Shown here: piece after piece, positions 14,044 to 31,822 of the stretch
Position numbering within the stretch: position 1 is the first letter of the stretch
Layout of the letters: each line of letters starts with the position of its first letter
Source of the DNA: the human T2T-CHM13v2.0 reference genome, Homo sapiens
Strand: one strand, 5' to 3'
Assembly (NCBI RefSeq): GCF_009914755.1
Contig: NC_060928.1
Length of the DNA stretch: 64,000 nucleotides
Notes under the pieces: model-generated
The model's input: only the letters and a program-made list of their open reading frames with translations
Database searches by the model: none
Told to the model about the DNA's origin: nothing
Made by a program: the position numbers and the translations under genes

Positions 14044-15060
14044 ATGGGGAAAAAACAGAACAGAAAAACTGGAAACTCTAAAACGCAGAGCGCCTCTCCT
14101 CCTCCAAAGGAACGCAGTTCCTCACCAGCAACAGAACAAAGCTGGATGGAGAATGATTTTGACGAGCTGAGAGAAGAAGGCTTCAGACGATCAAATTACT
14201 CTGAGCTACGGGAGGACATTCAAACCAAAGGCAAAGAAGTTGAAAACTTTGAAAAAAATTTAGAAGAATGTATAACTAGAATAACCAATACAGAGAAGTG
14301 CTTAAAGGAGCTGATGGAGCTGAAAACCAAGGCTCGAGAACTACATGAAGAATGCAGAAGCCTCAGGAGCCGATGCGATCAACTGGAAGAAAGGGTATCA
14401 GCAATGGAAGATGAAATGAATGAAATGAAGCGAGAAGGGAAGTTTAGAGAAAAAAGAATAAAAAGAAATGAGCAAAGCCTCCAAGAAATATGGGACTATG
14501 TGAAAAGACCAAATCTACGTCTGATTGGTGTACCTGAAAGTGATGTGGAGAATGGAACCAAGTTGGAAAACACTCTGCAGGATATTATCCAGGAGAACTT
14601 CCCCAATCTAGCAAGGCAGGCCAACGTTCAGATTCAGGAAATACAGAGAACGCCACAAAGATACTCCTCGAGAAGAGCAACTCCAAGACACATAATTGTC
14701 AGATTCACCAAAGTTGAAATGAAGGAAAAAATGTTAAGGGCAGCCAGAGAGAAAGGTCAGGTTACCCTCAAAGGAAAGCCCATCAGACTAACAGCGGATC
14801 TCTCGGCAGAAACCCTACAAGCCAGAAGAGAGTGGGGGCCAATATTCAACATTCTTAAAGAAAAGAATTTTCAACCCAAAATTTCATATCCAGCCAAACT
14901 AAGCTTCATAAGTGAAGGAGAAATAAAATACTTTATAGACAAGCAAATGCTGAGAGATTTTGTCACCACCAGGCCTGCCCTAAAAGAGCTCCTGAAGGAA
15001 GAGCTAAACATGGAAAGGAACAACCGGTACCAGCCGCTGCAAAATCATGCCAAAATGTAA
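14044..15060 (+). CDS. L1 ORF1p (338 aa, open)
   Basis: MGKKQNRKTGNSK...ARREWGP...YPAKLS...QNHAKM, full length with a few substitutions relative to the remembered consensus. Confidence 0.97.
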   Translation: MGKKQNRKTGNSKTQSASPPPKERSSSPATEQSWMENDFDELREEGFRRSNYSELREDIQTKGKEVENFEKNLEECITRITNTEKCLKELMELKTKARELHEECRSLRSRCDQLEERVSAMEDEMNEMKREGKFREKRIKRNEQSLQEIWDYVKRPNLRLIGVPESDVENGTKLENTLQDIIQENFPNLARQANVQIQEIQRTPQRYSSRRATPRHIIVRFTKVEMKEKMLRAAREKGQVTLKGKPIRLTADLSAETLQARREWGPIFNILKEKNFQPKISYPAKLSFISEGEIKYFIDKQMLRDFVTTRPALKELLKEELNMERNNRYQPLQNHAKM

Positions 15061-15099
15061 AGACCATCGAGACTAGGAAGAAACTGCATCAACTAATGA

Positions 15100-18945
<3,846 letters not shown>

Positions 18946-20122
18946 ACAATGAGATCACATGGACACAGGAAGGGGAATATCACACTCTGGGGACTGTGGT
19001 GGGGTCGGGGGAGGGGGGAGGGATAGCATTGGGAGATATACCTAATGCTAGATGACACATTAGTGGGTGCAGCGCACCAGCATGGCACATGTATACATAT
19101 GTAACTAACCTGCACAATGTGCACATGTACCCTAAAACTTAGAGTATAATAAAAAAAATAAAAAATAAAAAACAACTCTCAGAAGCAAAAAAAAAAAAAA
19201 AAAAAAAGCAATCTTGCAGATATCTGACGAGTCTAAGCTGTTCAAAGATATGTTGCATGGAGAAAATAGAATAGTAGAAACCTAGACAAAGACTGGGAAA
19301 TAAAGATGGTCTTATCCCCAATACTCTTTTACCTTTTTTGTCTTATGAAACATTAACCTTTTTCTCATAAATGACCAGAAGACCTTTATATTATAATTCG
19401 TCAACTCCCCTCATTTGTGTCTGCTTTAGGCTCCAAGTGAGCTCACTCATTCTCCATCTGGAAAGAAAATATGGGCATGGCTTCCATTTGGACTTGTACA
19501 GACAGTGGCCCATAATGGGAACCAGGTGACACATCACAAGGGCAGGTTCTGACACCTCTTCCTTCCAGAAGCCCAGGGGTGCTGGCAGCTGCTTCTGAGG
19601 ATCTCTCTCTTCCTTGGCTCATATTTAGCAAAATCAAATTTAAAGAACCCCATTCCTCGCTATCCACCATCCCCCTATTCATGTGCCAGCCACTCCTATT
19701 GGATCCTGTTGCTTTAGCTAATTTTTATGAAAATAATAGTCATTCACCTGTTAGGTACTTATCTAAGGTTTGTTTCAAAGCAAGTTTGGTCCCCTTGCTG
19801 AGGGTCTCCAGCTTTTTCCCAGACTCTGCCTCTGACCCTGGATTCAACATTCCCTCAGGAAGCTTCGGAAGAGAGGAAAGCAAATTAGCCACAGAAGCTG
19901 TGGGGGTCCGTGGCCTTGGTTGCTGCTCCTGCTGTTTTTTTGACCAGCAGGTGGCATGGATAGCTCCCCTCCCGACATGTCACTGCAGGAGAGGAGTTTA
20001 TATGGATGCTAAGTGGTCTGTGCACCTTGTCGTCGCTAAAAAAGGGGCTTCCTCCATTAGCGAATTGGACGACAGATGTATCCTACGGTCTCTTGATTTC
20101 CTTTTTTGCTTTCTTGTCATAG

Positions 20123-20186
20123 ACCTGACAAGTTTCTTCAGTGTGTGAAAAATCCTGAGGATTCATCTTGCACATCTGAGATCTGA
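20123..20186 (+). CDS. CD38: CD38 terminal exon 8 coding part: (R)PDKFLQCVKNPEDSSCTSEI*
   Basis: ttcttgtcatag|ACCTGAC...ATC TGA at 20184-20186. Matches the CD38 C-terminus with Cys287/Cys296. Confidence 0.98.
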
Positions 20187-20194
20187 GCCAGTCG

Positions 20195-20214
20195 CTGTGG
20201 TTGTTTTAGCTCCT
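20195..20214 (+). promoter_or_regulatory. miR-140-3p (CTGTGGT 20195-20201) and miR-708-5p (AGCTCCT 20208-20214) seed matches
   Basis: 7-mer matches are seen directly. Both miRNAs are reported CD38 regulators (recalled, not verified here). Confidence 0.6.
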
Positions 20215-20806
20215 TGACTCCTTGTGGTTTATGTCATCATACATGACTCAGCATACCTGCTGGTGCAGAGCTGAAGATTTTGGAGGGTCCTCCACAATAA
20301 GGTCAATGCCAGAGACGGAAGCCTTTTTCCCCAAAGTCTTAAAATAACTTATATCATCAGCATACCTTTATTGTGATCTATCAATAGTCAAGAAAAATTA
20401 TTGTATAAGATTAGAATGAAAATTGTATGTTAAGTTACTTCACTTTAATTCTCATGTGATCCTTTTATGTTATTTATATATTGGTAACATCCTTTCTATT
20501 GAAAAATCACCACACCAAACCTCTCTTATTAGAACAGGCAAGTGAAGAAAAGTGAATGCTCAAGTTTTTCAGAAAGCATTACATTTCCAAATGAATGACC
20601 TTGTTGCATGATGTATTTTTGTACCCTTCCTACAGATAGTCAAACTATAAACTTCATGGTCATGGGTCATGTTGGTGAAAATTATTCTGTAGGATATAAG
20701 CTACCCACGTACTTGGTGCTTTACCCCAACCCTTCCAACAGTGCTGTGAGGTTGGTATTATTTCATTTTTTAGATGAGAAAATGGGAGCTCAGAGAGGTT
20801 ATATAT

Positions 20807-20885
20807 TTAAGTTGGTGCAAAAGTAATTGCAAGTTTTGCCACCGAAAGGAATGGCAAAACCACAATTATTTTTGAACCAACCTAA
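20807..20885. mobile_element. MADE1 (Hsmar1-derived MITE) inserted in a MIR in the 3'UTR
   Basis: TTAAGTTGGTGCAAAAGTAATTGC...CACAATTATTTTTGAACCAACCTAA, a ~79-bp palindrome. MIR sequence (gagctcagagaggtta / gaatttgaactca) lies on both sides. Confidence 0.9.
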
Positions 20886-21609
20886 TAATTTACCGTAAGT
20901 CCTACATTTAGTATCAAGCTAGAGACTGAATTTGAACTCAACTCTGTCCAACTCCAAAATTCATGTGCTTTTTCCTTCTAGGCCTTTCATACCAAACTAA
21001 TAGTAGTTTATATTCTCTTCCAACAAATGCATATTGGATTAAATTGACTAGAATGGAATCTGGAATATAGTTCTTCTGGATGGCTCCAAAACACATGTTT
21101 TTCTTCCCCCGTCTTCCTCCTCCTCTTCATGCTCAGTGTTTTATATATGTAGTATACAGTTAAAATATACTTGTTGCTGGTACTGGCAGCTTATATTTTC
21201 TCTCTTTTTTCATGGATTAACCTTGCTTGAGGGCTTTAACAATTGTATTACTTTTTCAAAGAACTAAGCTTTAGCTTCATTGATTTTTTTCTATTTAATT
21301 GGGTTTTGCTCTTCTCTTTAGCATTGGAAACATAGAAATGCTTTCTGATTTCTTTGGGTAGATTTACGTATTCAGCTTCTTGAGATGGAAGTTTAGATCA
21401 CTGATCCTTCAGCTTGTTTTCTTTTTTGTATACATAGATTTTAGGACGATATATTTTCCCTTGAGTTCTGCTTTAGCTGCAGCTCTTATGTTTTGATATG
21501 CCTCTCTTTATTATCCTTCAGTTAAAAATATCTTTCAATTCATTGTTATATAAAAATATGTGCCTAGTTTTTAACATCTGGAGATTTTCTAGTTTTGAAA
21601 AAAACATAA

Positions 21610-21930
<321 letters not shown>

Positions 21931-23199
21931 TTAATAAATTAATTTGAGACTCCTTCAGGGAATGACCACAATTTATTGAAAATAGCCTAAATGTTGGAGT
22001 CAGGCATTTCTGGATTCATATTTTGACATCATGCTGTCATCTTGAACAAAATGCCTAACCTTTCTGAACTTCAACTTCCTTGCCACTCAAATAAGGATTA
22101 CAAAACTTAAAATGTGGTAAGTACTAAAGACGACAGCAAAAATTGAGTCCAGCACAGAGCTTCCTAAATAAGCAAGCACTCAACAGAGTTGGTTCCTTTC
22201 TTCCTCCCCTGCTTGACAATCCAGTTTCCCACAGGAGCCTTTGTAGCTGTAGCCACCATGGTCAGTCCAGGGATTCTTCACTAGCCCCTTCTCCCCTGGC
22301 AGACATCCTTGTGGGAGTTTAGTCTTGGCTCGACATGAGGATGGGGGTTTGGGACCAGTTCTGAGTGAGAATCAGACTTGCCCCAAGTTGCCATTAGCTC
22401 CCCCTGCAGAATGTCTTCAGAATCGGGGCCCGGTCAGTCTCCTGGGTGACCTGCTGTTTTCCTCTTAAGATCCTTTCCACTTTGGTTGCTGCTTTCGGGA
22501 CTCATCGAGTCCTTGCTCAACAGGATACCCCTTGAAGTGGCTGCCTGGGCCACATCCCCTTCCAAACAAGAAATCAAAATATTAGAAATCAATTTTTGAA
22601 ATTTCCCCTAGGAAGACTCATTTGAGTGTTCAAGTTCAGAGCCAGTGGAGACCTTAGGGGAGGGTGGTCACAAGGATTTTGCACAGTGCTTTAGAGGGTC
22701 CCAGGGAGCCACAGAGGTGGTGAGGGGCTGGGTGCTCTTTTCTCCGTGCATGACCTTGTGTGTCTATCTTCATTACCACAATGCCTCATCTCTACCTCCT
22801 TTCCCCCTGTAGTTCCAACGTGGGTATCTTTGCCATCTCTGGCCCGAAGGACTTTCTGACCTACATGTATAAATACCCCCTCACAATATATATTACTTTT
22901 CCTATAAGTGACTTCTCTACTGGATTACTGGTTGCTCATACACCTCATATTTTACTCGTAAATCTACTACTCCCTGTCTGCCTACTCCATTCTCATTTGC
23001 TGTAGAAAATTCTCTTACCATCCCAACTTTCACCCACCATCATGCTTACCCAAAGGCTGTGGGAATGACCTGGGCCCTAATGCCCCTTTTCTAAATTCCT
23101 AAGGCTCACCATTTTCCTATTGTAATGGTTCTTGACCTTATAATGTTTGAGGCACCTTTTCAAATATAGTCCTTTGATTTCAGACTGAATACTTGAAAG

Positions 23200-23310
23200 G
23201 ACACACACACACATACGTAAGTGCATATGACTGCATACACCCACACACACACACGTGCCTGTATACAGTCATATGATACATACACAAACACACGCACACA
23301 AGCCTGCATA
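23200..23310 (+). repeat. Degenerate (CA)n-rich low-complexity tract
   Basis: acacacacacacatacg...cacacacacacgtg...cacacgcacac. Confidence 0.75.
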
Positions 23311-23665
23311 CATCATATGCCAACAGTGGGGATATGTTCTGAGAAATGCATCATTAGATGATTTTGTCATTGTGTGAACATCATAGAGTGTACTTACACT
23401 AACCTAGATGGTCTAACCTACTACACACCCAGGCTACATGGTATCACCTATTCCTCCTAGGCTACAAGCCTGTACAGCGTGTGTCTGTACTAAATGCTGT
23501 GGGCAATTTTAACCTGATGGTAAATGTTTGTGTATCTAAACATATCTAAACATAGAAAAGGTACAGTAAACATGCAGTATTATAATCTTATGAGACCGTC
23601 ATCATATATGTGGTCCACTGTTTGGGCCATCATTGGCTGAAAAGCGGTTATGCGACACATGACTG
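23311..23665 (-). mobile_element. Tigger3/MER7-type DNA transposon relic
   Basis: ggggatatgttctgagaaatgcatcattag...tattataatcttatgagacc...ttatgcgacacatgactg followed by TA. Confidence 0.75.
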
Positions 23666-24395
23666 TATATATACTTTCCTGTTACAACAACAGTGTCTCT
23701 CAATCCACAGTAATTGCAGCATCCAGTAGGTCTTACTTTAGCCCTGAGTCACCATTTGTGTCAACGTGTTTAGTGCCATGTCCACGTCTCTCATGTAACT
23801 GGCAGAGCTATCAAATATTTTGGCAAAACACATTGTTTCTTTGGCTTTGCCTTGGTAACTTTCTGTGCCTTTTGTAGCTCTTGTTTGGAAGAAGCTCAAC
23901 CCATGTCTGCACACTGTGATACAAGGGGGACAGCATCGACATCGACTTACTTCTTGGTGCCTTATTCCTCCTTAGAACAATTCCTAAATCTGTAACTTAA
24001 GTTTCTCAGGAAGATTCCATACTGCACAGAAAACTGCTTTTGTGGGTTTTTAAAAGGCAAGTTGTTATATGTGCTGGATAGTTTTTAAGTATGACATAAA
24101 AATTGTATAAAGTAAAATATTAAAATACACCTAGAATACTGTATAACTTTAAGTCATTTTATCAACACATTGCTAATCCAGATATTTTCCCGCAGTTTTT
24201 CTTTGAATAACAGAGCAATTAATTTACTTTTACTATGAAGAGTCATCATTTTAGTATGTATTTTAAGCAATCCACCAAGAACTCAGTAGGCAGCTGAGAG
24301 GTGCTGCCCAGAGAAGTGGTGATTAGCTTGGCCTTAGCTCACCCACACAAAGCACAACAGGCTTTGAACTATTCCCTAACAGGGCATTTATTCTT

Positions 24396-24608
24396 TTTTT
24401 TTTTTTTTTTGTGAGACGGAGTCTCGCTGTCGCCCAGGCTAGAGTGCAGTGGCGCGATCTCGGCTCACTGCAGGCTCCACCCCCTGGGGTTCACGCCATT
24501 CTCCTGCCTCAGCCTCCCAAGTAGCTGGGACTGCAGGCGCCCGCCATCTCGCCCGGCTAATTTTTTGTATTTTTAGTAGAGACGGGGTTTCACCGTGTTA
24601 GCCAGGAT
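24396..24608 (-). mobile_element. 5'-truncated AluY (Ye-like variants) in the distal 3'UTR
   Basis: Perfect 15-bp TSD AGGGCATTTATTCTT at 24381-24395 and 24609-24623. Variants ctcgctgtcgccc and caggctccaccccctggggttcacg. Confidence 0.88.
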
Positions 24609-24784
24609 AGGGCATTTATTCTTGAACTTGATTCAGAGAGGCACACATTACCATTCTCTAATCAGAATGCAAGTAGCGCAAGGCAGTGGAAACTATGGAA
24701 TTCGGAGGCAGGTGATGCATTGGGCGAGTTTATTAACATCTGTGACTCTCTAGTTTGAAATTTATTTGTAACAGACAAAAATGA

Positions 24785-24812
24785 ATTAAACAAACAATAA
24801 AAGTATAATAAA
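24785..24812 (+). terminator. Distal polyadenylation signal cluster of CD38
   Basis: ATTAAA at 24785-24790, AATAAA at 24796-24801 and 24807-24812. Confidence 0.75.
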
Positions 24813-25226
24813 GAACTGTGCTGAATAATTCTTTTAAAAGGAGTTGTCTCTGGGCTTGAAAGAACTAAGGGACATGTTCAGTGGGTGGCACATTGCTGAA
24901 GACAACAGGACTTCCTACCTACTGCACTACACGATTGAGTGAGTTAGGTAGCTGGGGAAAGGATGGGTCACTGTCCTGGTGTGTCTCAGTGGTGGAATAA
25001 GCGGGAATAGATGCCAACAAGAGTCCAGTGCTACTGTCTACAAAGACCTGAAAATCCTTACTCACACCTCTTTATTCTTCAACACATTGAAGAAGAATGT
25101 TGTTTGCTTTTCAGTAGGAGTCTCACATTCGAGAATCACGTGATGACGCATCTTTTATTCTCTATTAAGGAGACTCACCTTGAGACCTCACAGGATTTAA
25201 CATAATGAAAACAACATGTGTGATTA

Positions 25227-25560
25227 TTTTTTTAAAAAAAACTTTTAAGTTCAGGCATACAGGTGCAGGCTTGTTACACAGGTAAACTTGTGTCATGGGG
25301 GTTTGTTGTACAGATTATTTCATCACCCAGGTATTAAGCCTAGTACCCATTAGTTATTTTTCCTGATCCTCCCCCTCCTCACACCCTCCATGCTCCAATA
25401 AGCCCCAATGTTTGTTGTTTCTCACTGTGTCCCAAGTGTTCTCATCATTTAACGCCCACATATAAGTGAGAACATGAGGTATTTGGTTTTCTGTTCCTGC
25501 ATTAGTTTGTTAAGGATAACAGCCTTCAGCCCTATCCATGTCCCTGCAAAGGACGATCTT
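25227..25560 (-). mobile_element. L1PA (older primate, ~L1PA12-14) 3' end fragment
   Basis: ttttaagttcagg...ggtaaacttgtgtcatgggggtttgttgtacagattatttcatcacccagg. Confidence 0.8.
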
Positions 25561-25620
25561 GTGTGTGATTCTTAATAAGTGACATAAACATGAAACAACA
25601 CTTAAAGACTTGATGCAAAA

Positions 25621-26003
<383 letters not shown>

Positions 26004-26060
26004 TCACACATTGTATCAGCCTGTGCTCTCAGCTGCAACAACAGAACACCACTCTGGCTG

Positions 26061-26598
26061 TGTATTAGGGTTCTCTAGAGGGACAGAGCTAAAGACAGAT
26101 AGATATATGAAAGGGAGTTTATTAAGGTGTATTGACTTGCATGATCACAAGGTGAAGTCCCACAATAGGCCGTCTGCAAGCTGAGGAGCAAGGAAACCAG
26201 TCCGAGTCCCAAAATCTCAAAAGTAGGGAAGCCAGCAGTGCAGCCTTCAGTCTGTGGCCAAAGGCCTGAGAGCCCCTGACAATCCACTGGTGTAAGTCCA
26301 TGAGTCCAAAAGCTGAAGAACTTGGAATCCGATGTTCGGGAGCAGGAAGCATCCATCATGGGAGAAAGATGGAAGCCAGAAGACTCAGCCAGTCTAGTCC
26401 TCCCACGTTCTTCTGCCTGCTTTTATCCTAGCTGCACTGATAGCTGATTAGATGGTGCTCACCTAGATTGACTGTGGGTCTGCCTCTCCGAGTCCACTGA
26501 CTCAAATGTTAATCTCCCTTGGCAACACCCTCACAAACACACCCAGGAACAATACTTTGCATCCTTCAGTCCAATCAAGTTGACACTCAACCATCACA
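26061..26598 (-). mobile_element. MLT2A (HERV-L) solo LTR
   Basis: tgtattagggttctctagagggacaga...ccaatcaagttgacactcaaccatcaca; 5-bp TSD GGCTG at 26056-26060 and 26599-26603. Confidence 0.88.
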
Positions 26599-27996
26599 GG
26601 CTGAAAGTGAATTCTCTAAAAACTATCAAGAGCTTATAGATTGTCTGGGAGGGCGAGAAAATAGTTTGGAAGCCACTTAGCCAAGAACAACACTCCAGAT
26701 TACTCTACTGGCTTGTCAGGTAGAAAAGTTGCCGCTTGCCCTATGGACACTTGGCTGTTGCTCTATCACTGCCAGAACACAGACATGGCTATTTCTGGGA
26801 ACAGAAGTAATGAAAGAGAATGGTGGATGGTGCATGGCACCTGCTTTCCTTCCTCACCAGCCACAGATTCACGGTTGCACAGATACATTCAGTGTGTAGG
26901 GCCTGATACAGGTAAAATGCTTAGGACAGAGCTCAGTTTCTCTGTCTGTAAAATGGGAGTGATAAGAGTGTCTATCATTTTGGGTTGTTTTGAGCATTAA
27001 GTAAGGTGATATGTGCAAAATTTTTAGGATAATGCTTAATACATATGAAGAACTGTATCAATGTTAGGATTTTTATTTTTTTATTTTTATTTTATTTTAT
27101 TTTTGAGACTGTTTTTATTCCGGAGGAAATTCCTTGACAAGCCTACCTAGTTTAGATGCTGAGACCCTGAGACCTAGGGGACAATGGAGAAGAGGGTAGA
27201 GAATGGCTCTCTTGCCAACCAACAGGATCAGCTATAGTCTCTCACAAGCTTTGAATCATTCTAGATGATTAGAACTTTCCCACCTAAGAGAGAAATGGGC
27301 CAGATACCTTTCACTAAGAGCTGGCCCATCCCAAGCTGGAGGTTAACAAAAATGCAGCAATAGACTCCACTGCTCCCAAATCTAAGAAGTTCAAATGTAT
27401 AAATTTCATCCTTCAAGCTGATCAAGAGTTCAACAGCCTCCCTTAGCATTGCCAGTTCAAGCCCCTGCTCTCCTGACCAGGTACTTACTGCTCTGATGAT
27501 GGTTAAGGCACGCAGCCTTCCTTGGTGCAACGAAGCCAGAAGACAAGATGTGCTGGGAGTAGAAATCTTCTCCCTGTGGAATCAGTGAGCTGAAAGAACA
27601 TTGAGAAAGCAGGAGAGCTAAGAAGAAATGGGACAGCTATCTCTGACCTTCTGCACAAGAACAAATCTCCCGTTGTGAATAATATTTAATAATTGGTTCA
27701 GTTTTCCCAGCCTTGCCTTCCAGGGAATTTTCCTGCACTGGTAGAATAATCAGATACAAGTTGGAGGGAAAGATGCCCTGTGGGAGCTGCTGCTAAGTCC
27801 CAGATTCTTCTTAGACGCTCAGAATTTGATGACTTTGGCGCTGGGCCACAGAAGTCATGAGCTTCTCCAGGCACAGCTTGTTTGGCCTGGTGATGTGAGA
27901 GGAAGGAAGCAAGCTGGGATCTCATCAGGTGTCCTTCCTGCTGTCAGCCTTTTAGAACACGGGTGACTCTGTGCTATCAGATGGGATTATTTTTAA

Positions 27997-28305
<309 letters not shown>

Positions 28306-28814
28306 TGTTGTTTTCTAAGTGTCACTCATTACCATGAACATGTCAAATACTTCCACAGTAAAAGTAACAAAATAGACATTTCTGTAATAATTTATTACAG
28401 AATCATGAAAGAACCATGGAACACAATGATGGCACATCAGTGGCTCATCTCCTTTACTTGACAAGTGAAGATACTAAGTCCTTCTGGGGTTGTGGAAGGT
28501 GTGTGGAGTTGTGAGCAATAGTTTAGGAGTCAAGGTTTTCTCCTTCCATGTCTTTCTTTCCTATCAAAAAGCCTAAGAATCCACAAACAGGTGTGGTGGA
28601 GATTGCTAACTGTTGCCTAGTATGTGTTCTTTTCTTCTTTTTTTAAAAAAAATAAACAGTATTTCCCCATCTGCCATTTTTAATCAGGGCATGACTTCAC
28701 GGCTAGAGAACAGATCCCAGCTCTGCAGCTGGCTCTGGCCAATAGGGTATGAATGGAGATGATTAATGCAATTGCCTAGTCACCTTAGAAACAGCCACTT
28801 GCTCTAAATTTTCA

Positions 28815-29222
28815 TTTTTTTTAATTATACTTTAAGTTCTAGGGTACATGTGCGTAACGTGCAGGTTTGTTACATATGTATACATGTGCCATGTTGATAT
28901 GCTGCACCCATTAACTCGTCATTTACATTAGGTATTTCTCCTAATGCTATCCCTCCCTCCCTCCCTCCCCCGACCCCACGACAGGCCCCATTGTGTGATG
29001 TTCCCCACCCTGTGTCCATGTGTTCTCATTGTTCGATTCCCACCTATAAGTGAGAACATGTGGTTTTTGGTTTTCTGTCCTTGTGATAGTTTGCTCAGAA
29101 TGATGGTTTCCAGCTTCATCCATGTCCCTACAAAGGACATGAACTCGTCCTTTTTTATGGCTGCACAGTATTCCATGGTGTATATGTGCCACATTTTCTT
29201 GATCCAGTCTATCATCAATGGA
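28815..29222 (-). mobile_element. 5'-truncated L1PA (young-to-middle primate) 3' end
   Basis: ORF2 C-terminus MIDWIKKMWHIYTMEY...; TSD CTAAATTTTCA at 28804-28814 and 29223-29233. Confidence 0.9.
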
Positions 29223-30296
29223 CTAAATTTTCACTTTTATCTCCTTTACTTTGCTGAAAAACAATGAAATTTCAGCAGCAGCCTTGGACTTAGAAAATGG
29301 AAGCCATAAGCAGAGGGTACCAAACTCTAGAAAAAGATACTTCTCTCTTCCTCTCTTCCTCTGATCTAGTTTCACCCAGAATCTCATTTCCATGATGGCT
29401 AGACCTGGTCTTTTTCTTCATTGCTTTATCCTCAATCCCAGACACAGAGCAGAAACTCAGTCAGTATTTGCTCTCAGGGCTTTTGTCTCCATAATGCCTT
29501 CTTTAATCCTCACCGCTGTAGCTCAGTTTCTTTGTCCAGACTTGGCTTTGCTGGCCACTTTAGCCTCACTATTAAATAATTGACCTACTGATTATTTGAT
29601 CACCAGTATTAGCTGATCCTTTTCTAGGTGCAAGGTGCTGGTGACAGAGTATTGACAGAAACAGGCATGGGCTACTGCCGTGGAGCAGATGGCCCACTCC
29701 CTGTGTATTCAAGGGGGAATCTCTACTTCAGCCTGAACTTGGTAAAAGTCATTTCCCCCATACCCCTTTCCAGCTGCCCACTGTGTTGTCTGGAAAACTC
29801 TGGTCTTTTAGGAGGACTGAGAATGAGATGGTTAGGACTGTCAATGACACAAACATGCCCCATGAGCACAAAGTACAATTTGGGGTGATGTGAGAGGGAT
29901 GATGAAAGCTTCCCCAAACAGGGGAGATTGAGAGTTTTCCTTTAAAATGTTTTTATTTTTAACCAAGTTACCATTTCTTTGATGTAAGCAATACAGATAA
30001 TAAAAAATAAAGACAAAATCATTGAAATATATCAGTGCTATACTTTCTACTCATTGATAATCTTACCACCCAGGTTACCAGTGGTTACCACTGATAACAT
30101 CTTATGTATATATTGTACACTTTTCATATAAATCATATTTTTCATAGAAAAACAATCCTAAAATTCATATGGAACAAAAAAAGAGAACTAAATAGCCAAA
30201 GCAATCCTGAGCAAAAAGAACAAAGCTGGAAGCATCACACTACTTCACTTCAAAATATATTACAAGGCTTATAGTAACCAAAACAACATGGTGGTA

Positions 30297-30641
<345 letters not shown>

Positions 30642-31774
30642 TTATAGCCGACTGATTTTCACCAAAAGCTCCAAGAACATACATTGGAGAAAGGACACCC
30701 TCTTCCATAAATGGTGCTGGGAAAATTGGACATTCATATGCAGAAAAATAAAACTGTACTTCCATCTCTCATCATATACAAAAAATCCACTCAAGATGCA
30801 TTAATACTTAAACACAAAACCCTAAGCTATAAAACTACTTGAAGAAAACATAGGGAAAACACTTCAAGACATTGATCTAGGCAAAGATTTTATGGCTAAG
30901 ACCTCAAAAGCATAGGCAACAAAAGCAAAAATGGACAAACGGGACTATATTAGAATACAAAGCTTCAGCACAGAAAATAATCAACAGAGTAAAGAGACAA
31001 CCTGTCAAATGGGAGAAAATACTTGTGAACTATTCATCTGACAAGGGACTAATATTCAGAATATACGAGGCACTCACAACTCAACAGTAAACAAACAAAC
31101 CAACCCACAATTAATCCCATTTAAAAGTGGGTAAAGGACAGGAAGAGACATTTCTCAAAAAAATACATACAAATGGCCAACAGGTATTTGAAAACATGTT
31201 CATCACTAATTATCAAAATGCAAATCAAAACCACAATGAGGTATTATCTTACCTCAGAATGGGTATTATTAAAAAGACAAACATTAACAGATGCTGATGA
31301 GGATGTGGAGAAAAGGAAACTCTTATACACTGTTGGTGGGAATGTAAATTAGTACAGTCACTATAGAAAACAGTATGGAGAGTTTTCAAAAAGCTAAAAA
31401 TGGAACTATCATATGACCCGGCAATCCCACAACTGCATATTTATCCAAAGGAAAATAAATCAGTATATCAAAAGACACTTGCACCCCTATGTTTATTGTA
31501 GTGCTGTTCACAATAGCAAAGATATGAATTAACAAATTATCCATTAATAAATGGATGAAGAAAATGTGGTGTATATACACAATGGAGTACTATTTGGTCA
31601 TGGAAAAGAAAGAAATCATGTCACTTTCAGAACATGAATGAAACTGGAGGTCATCATGCTAAGTGAGATAAGCCAGACATAGAAAGACAAATATTGTATA
31701 TTCTCCCTCATATATGGGAGCTTAAAAAGTTGATGTCATGGAGGTGGAGAGTAGAATGATACCAAAGGCTAAGG

Positions 31775-31777
<3 letters not shown>

Positions 31778-31821
<44 letters not shown>
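31778..31821 (+). repeat. (TG)n microsatellite
   Basis: About 22 perfect TG units. Confidence 0.95.

Positions 31822-31822
<1 letters not shown>

Noticed and set aside
19579-20148. 189-aa ORF overlapping the exon 8 acceptor
   Set aside because: Starts at a non-ATG codon, is out of frame with CD38 and has no recognisable domain; a chance intronic ORF.
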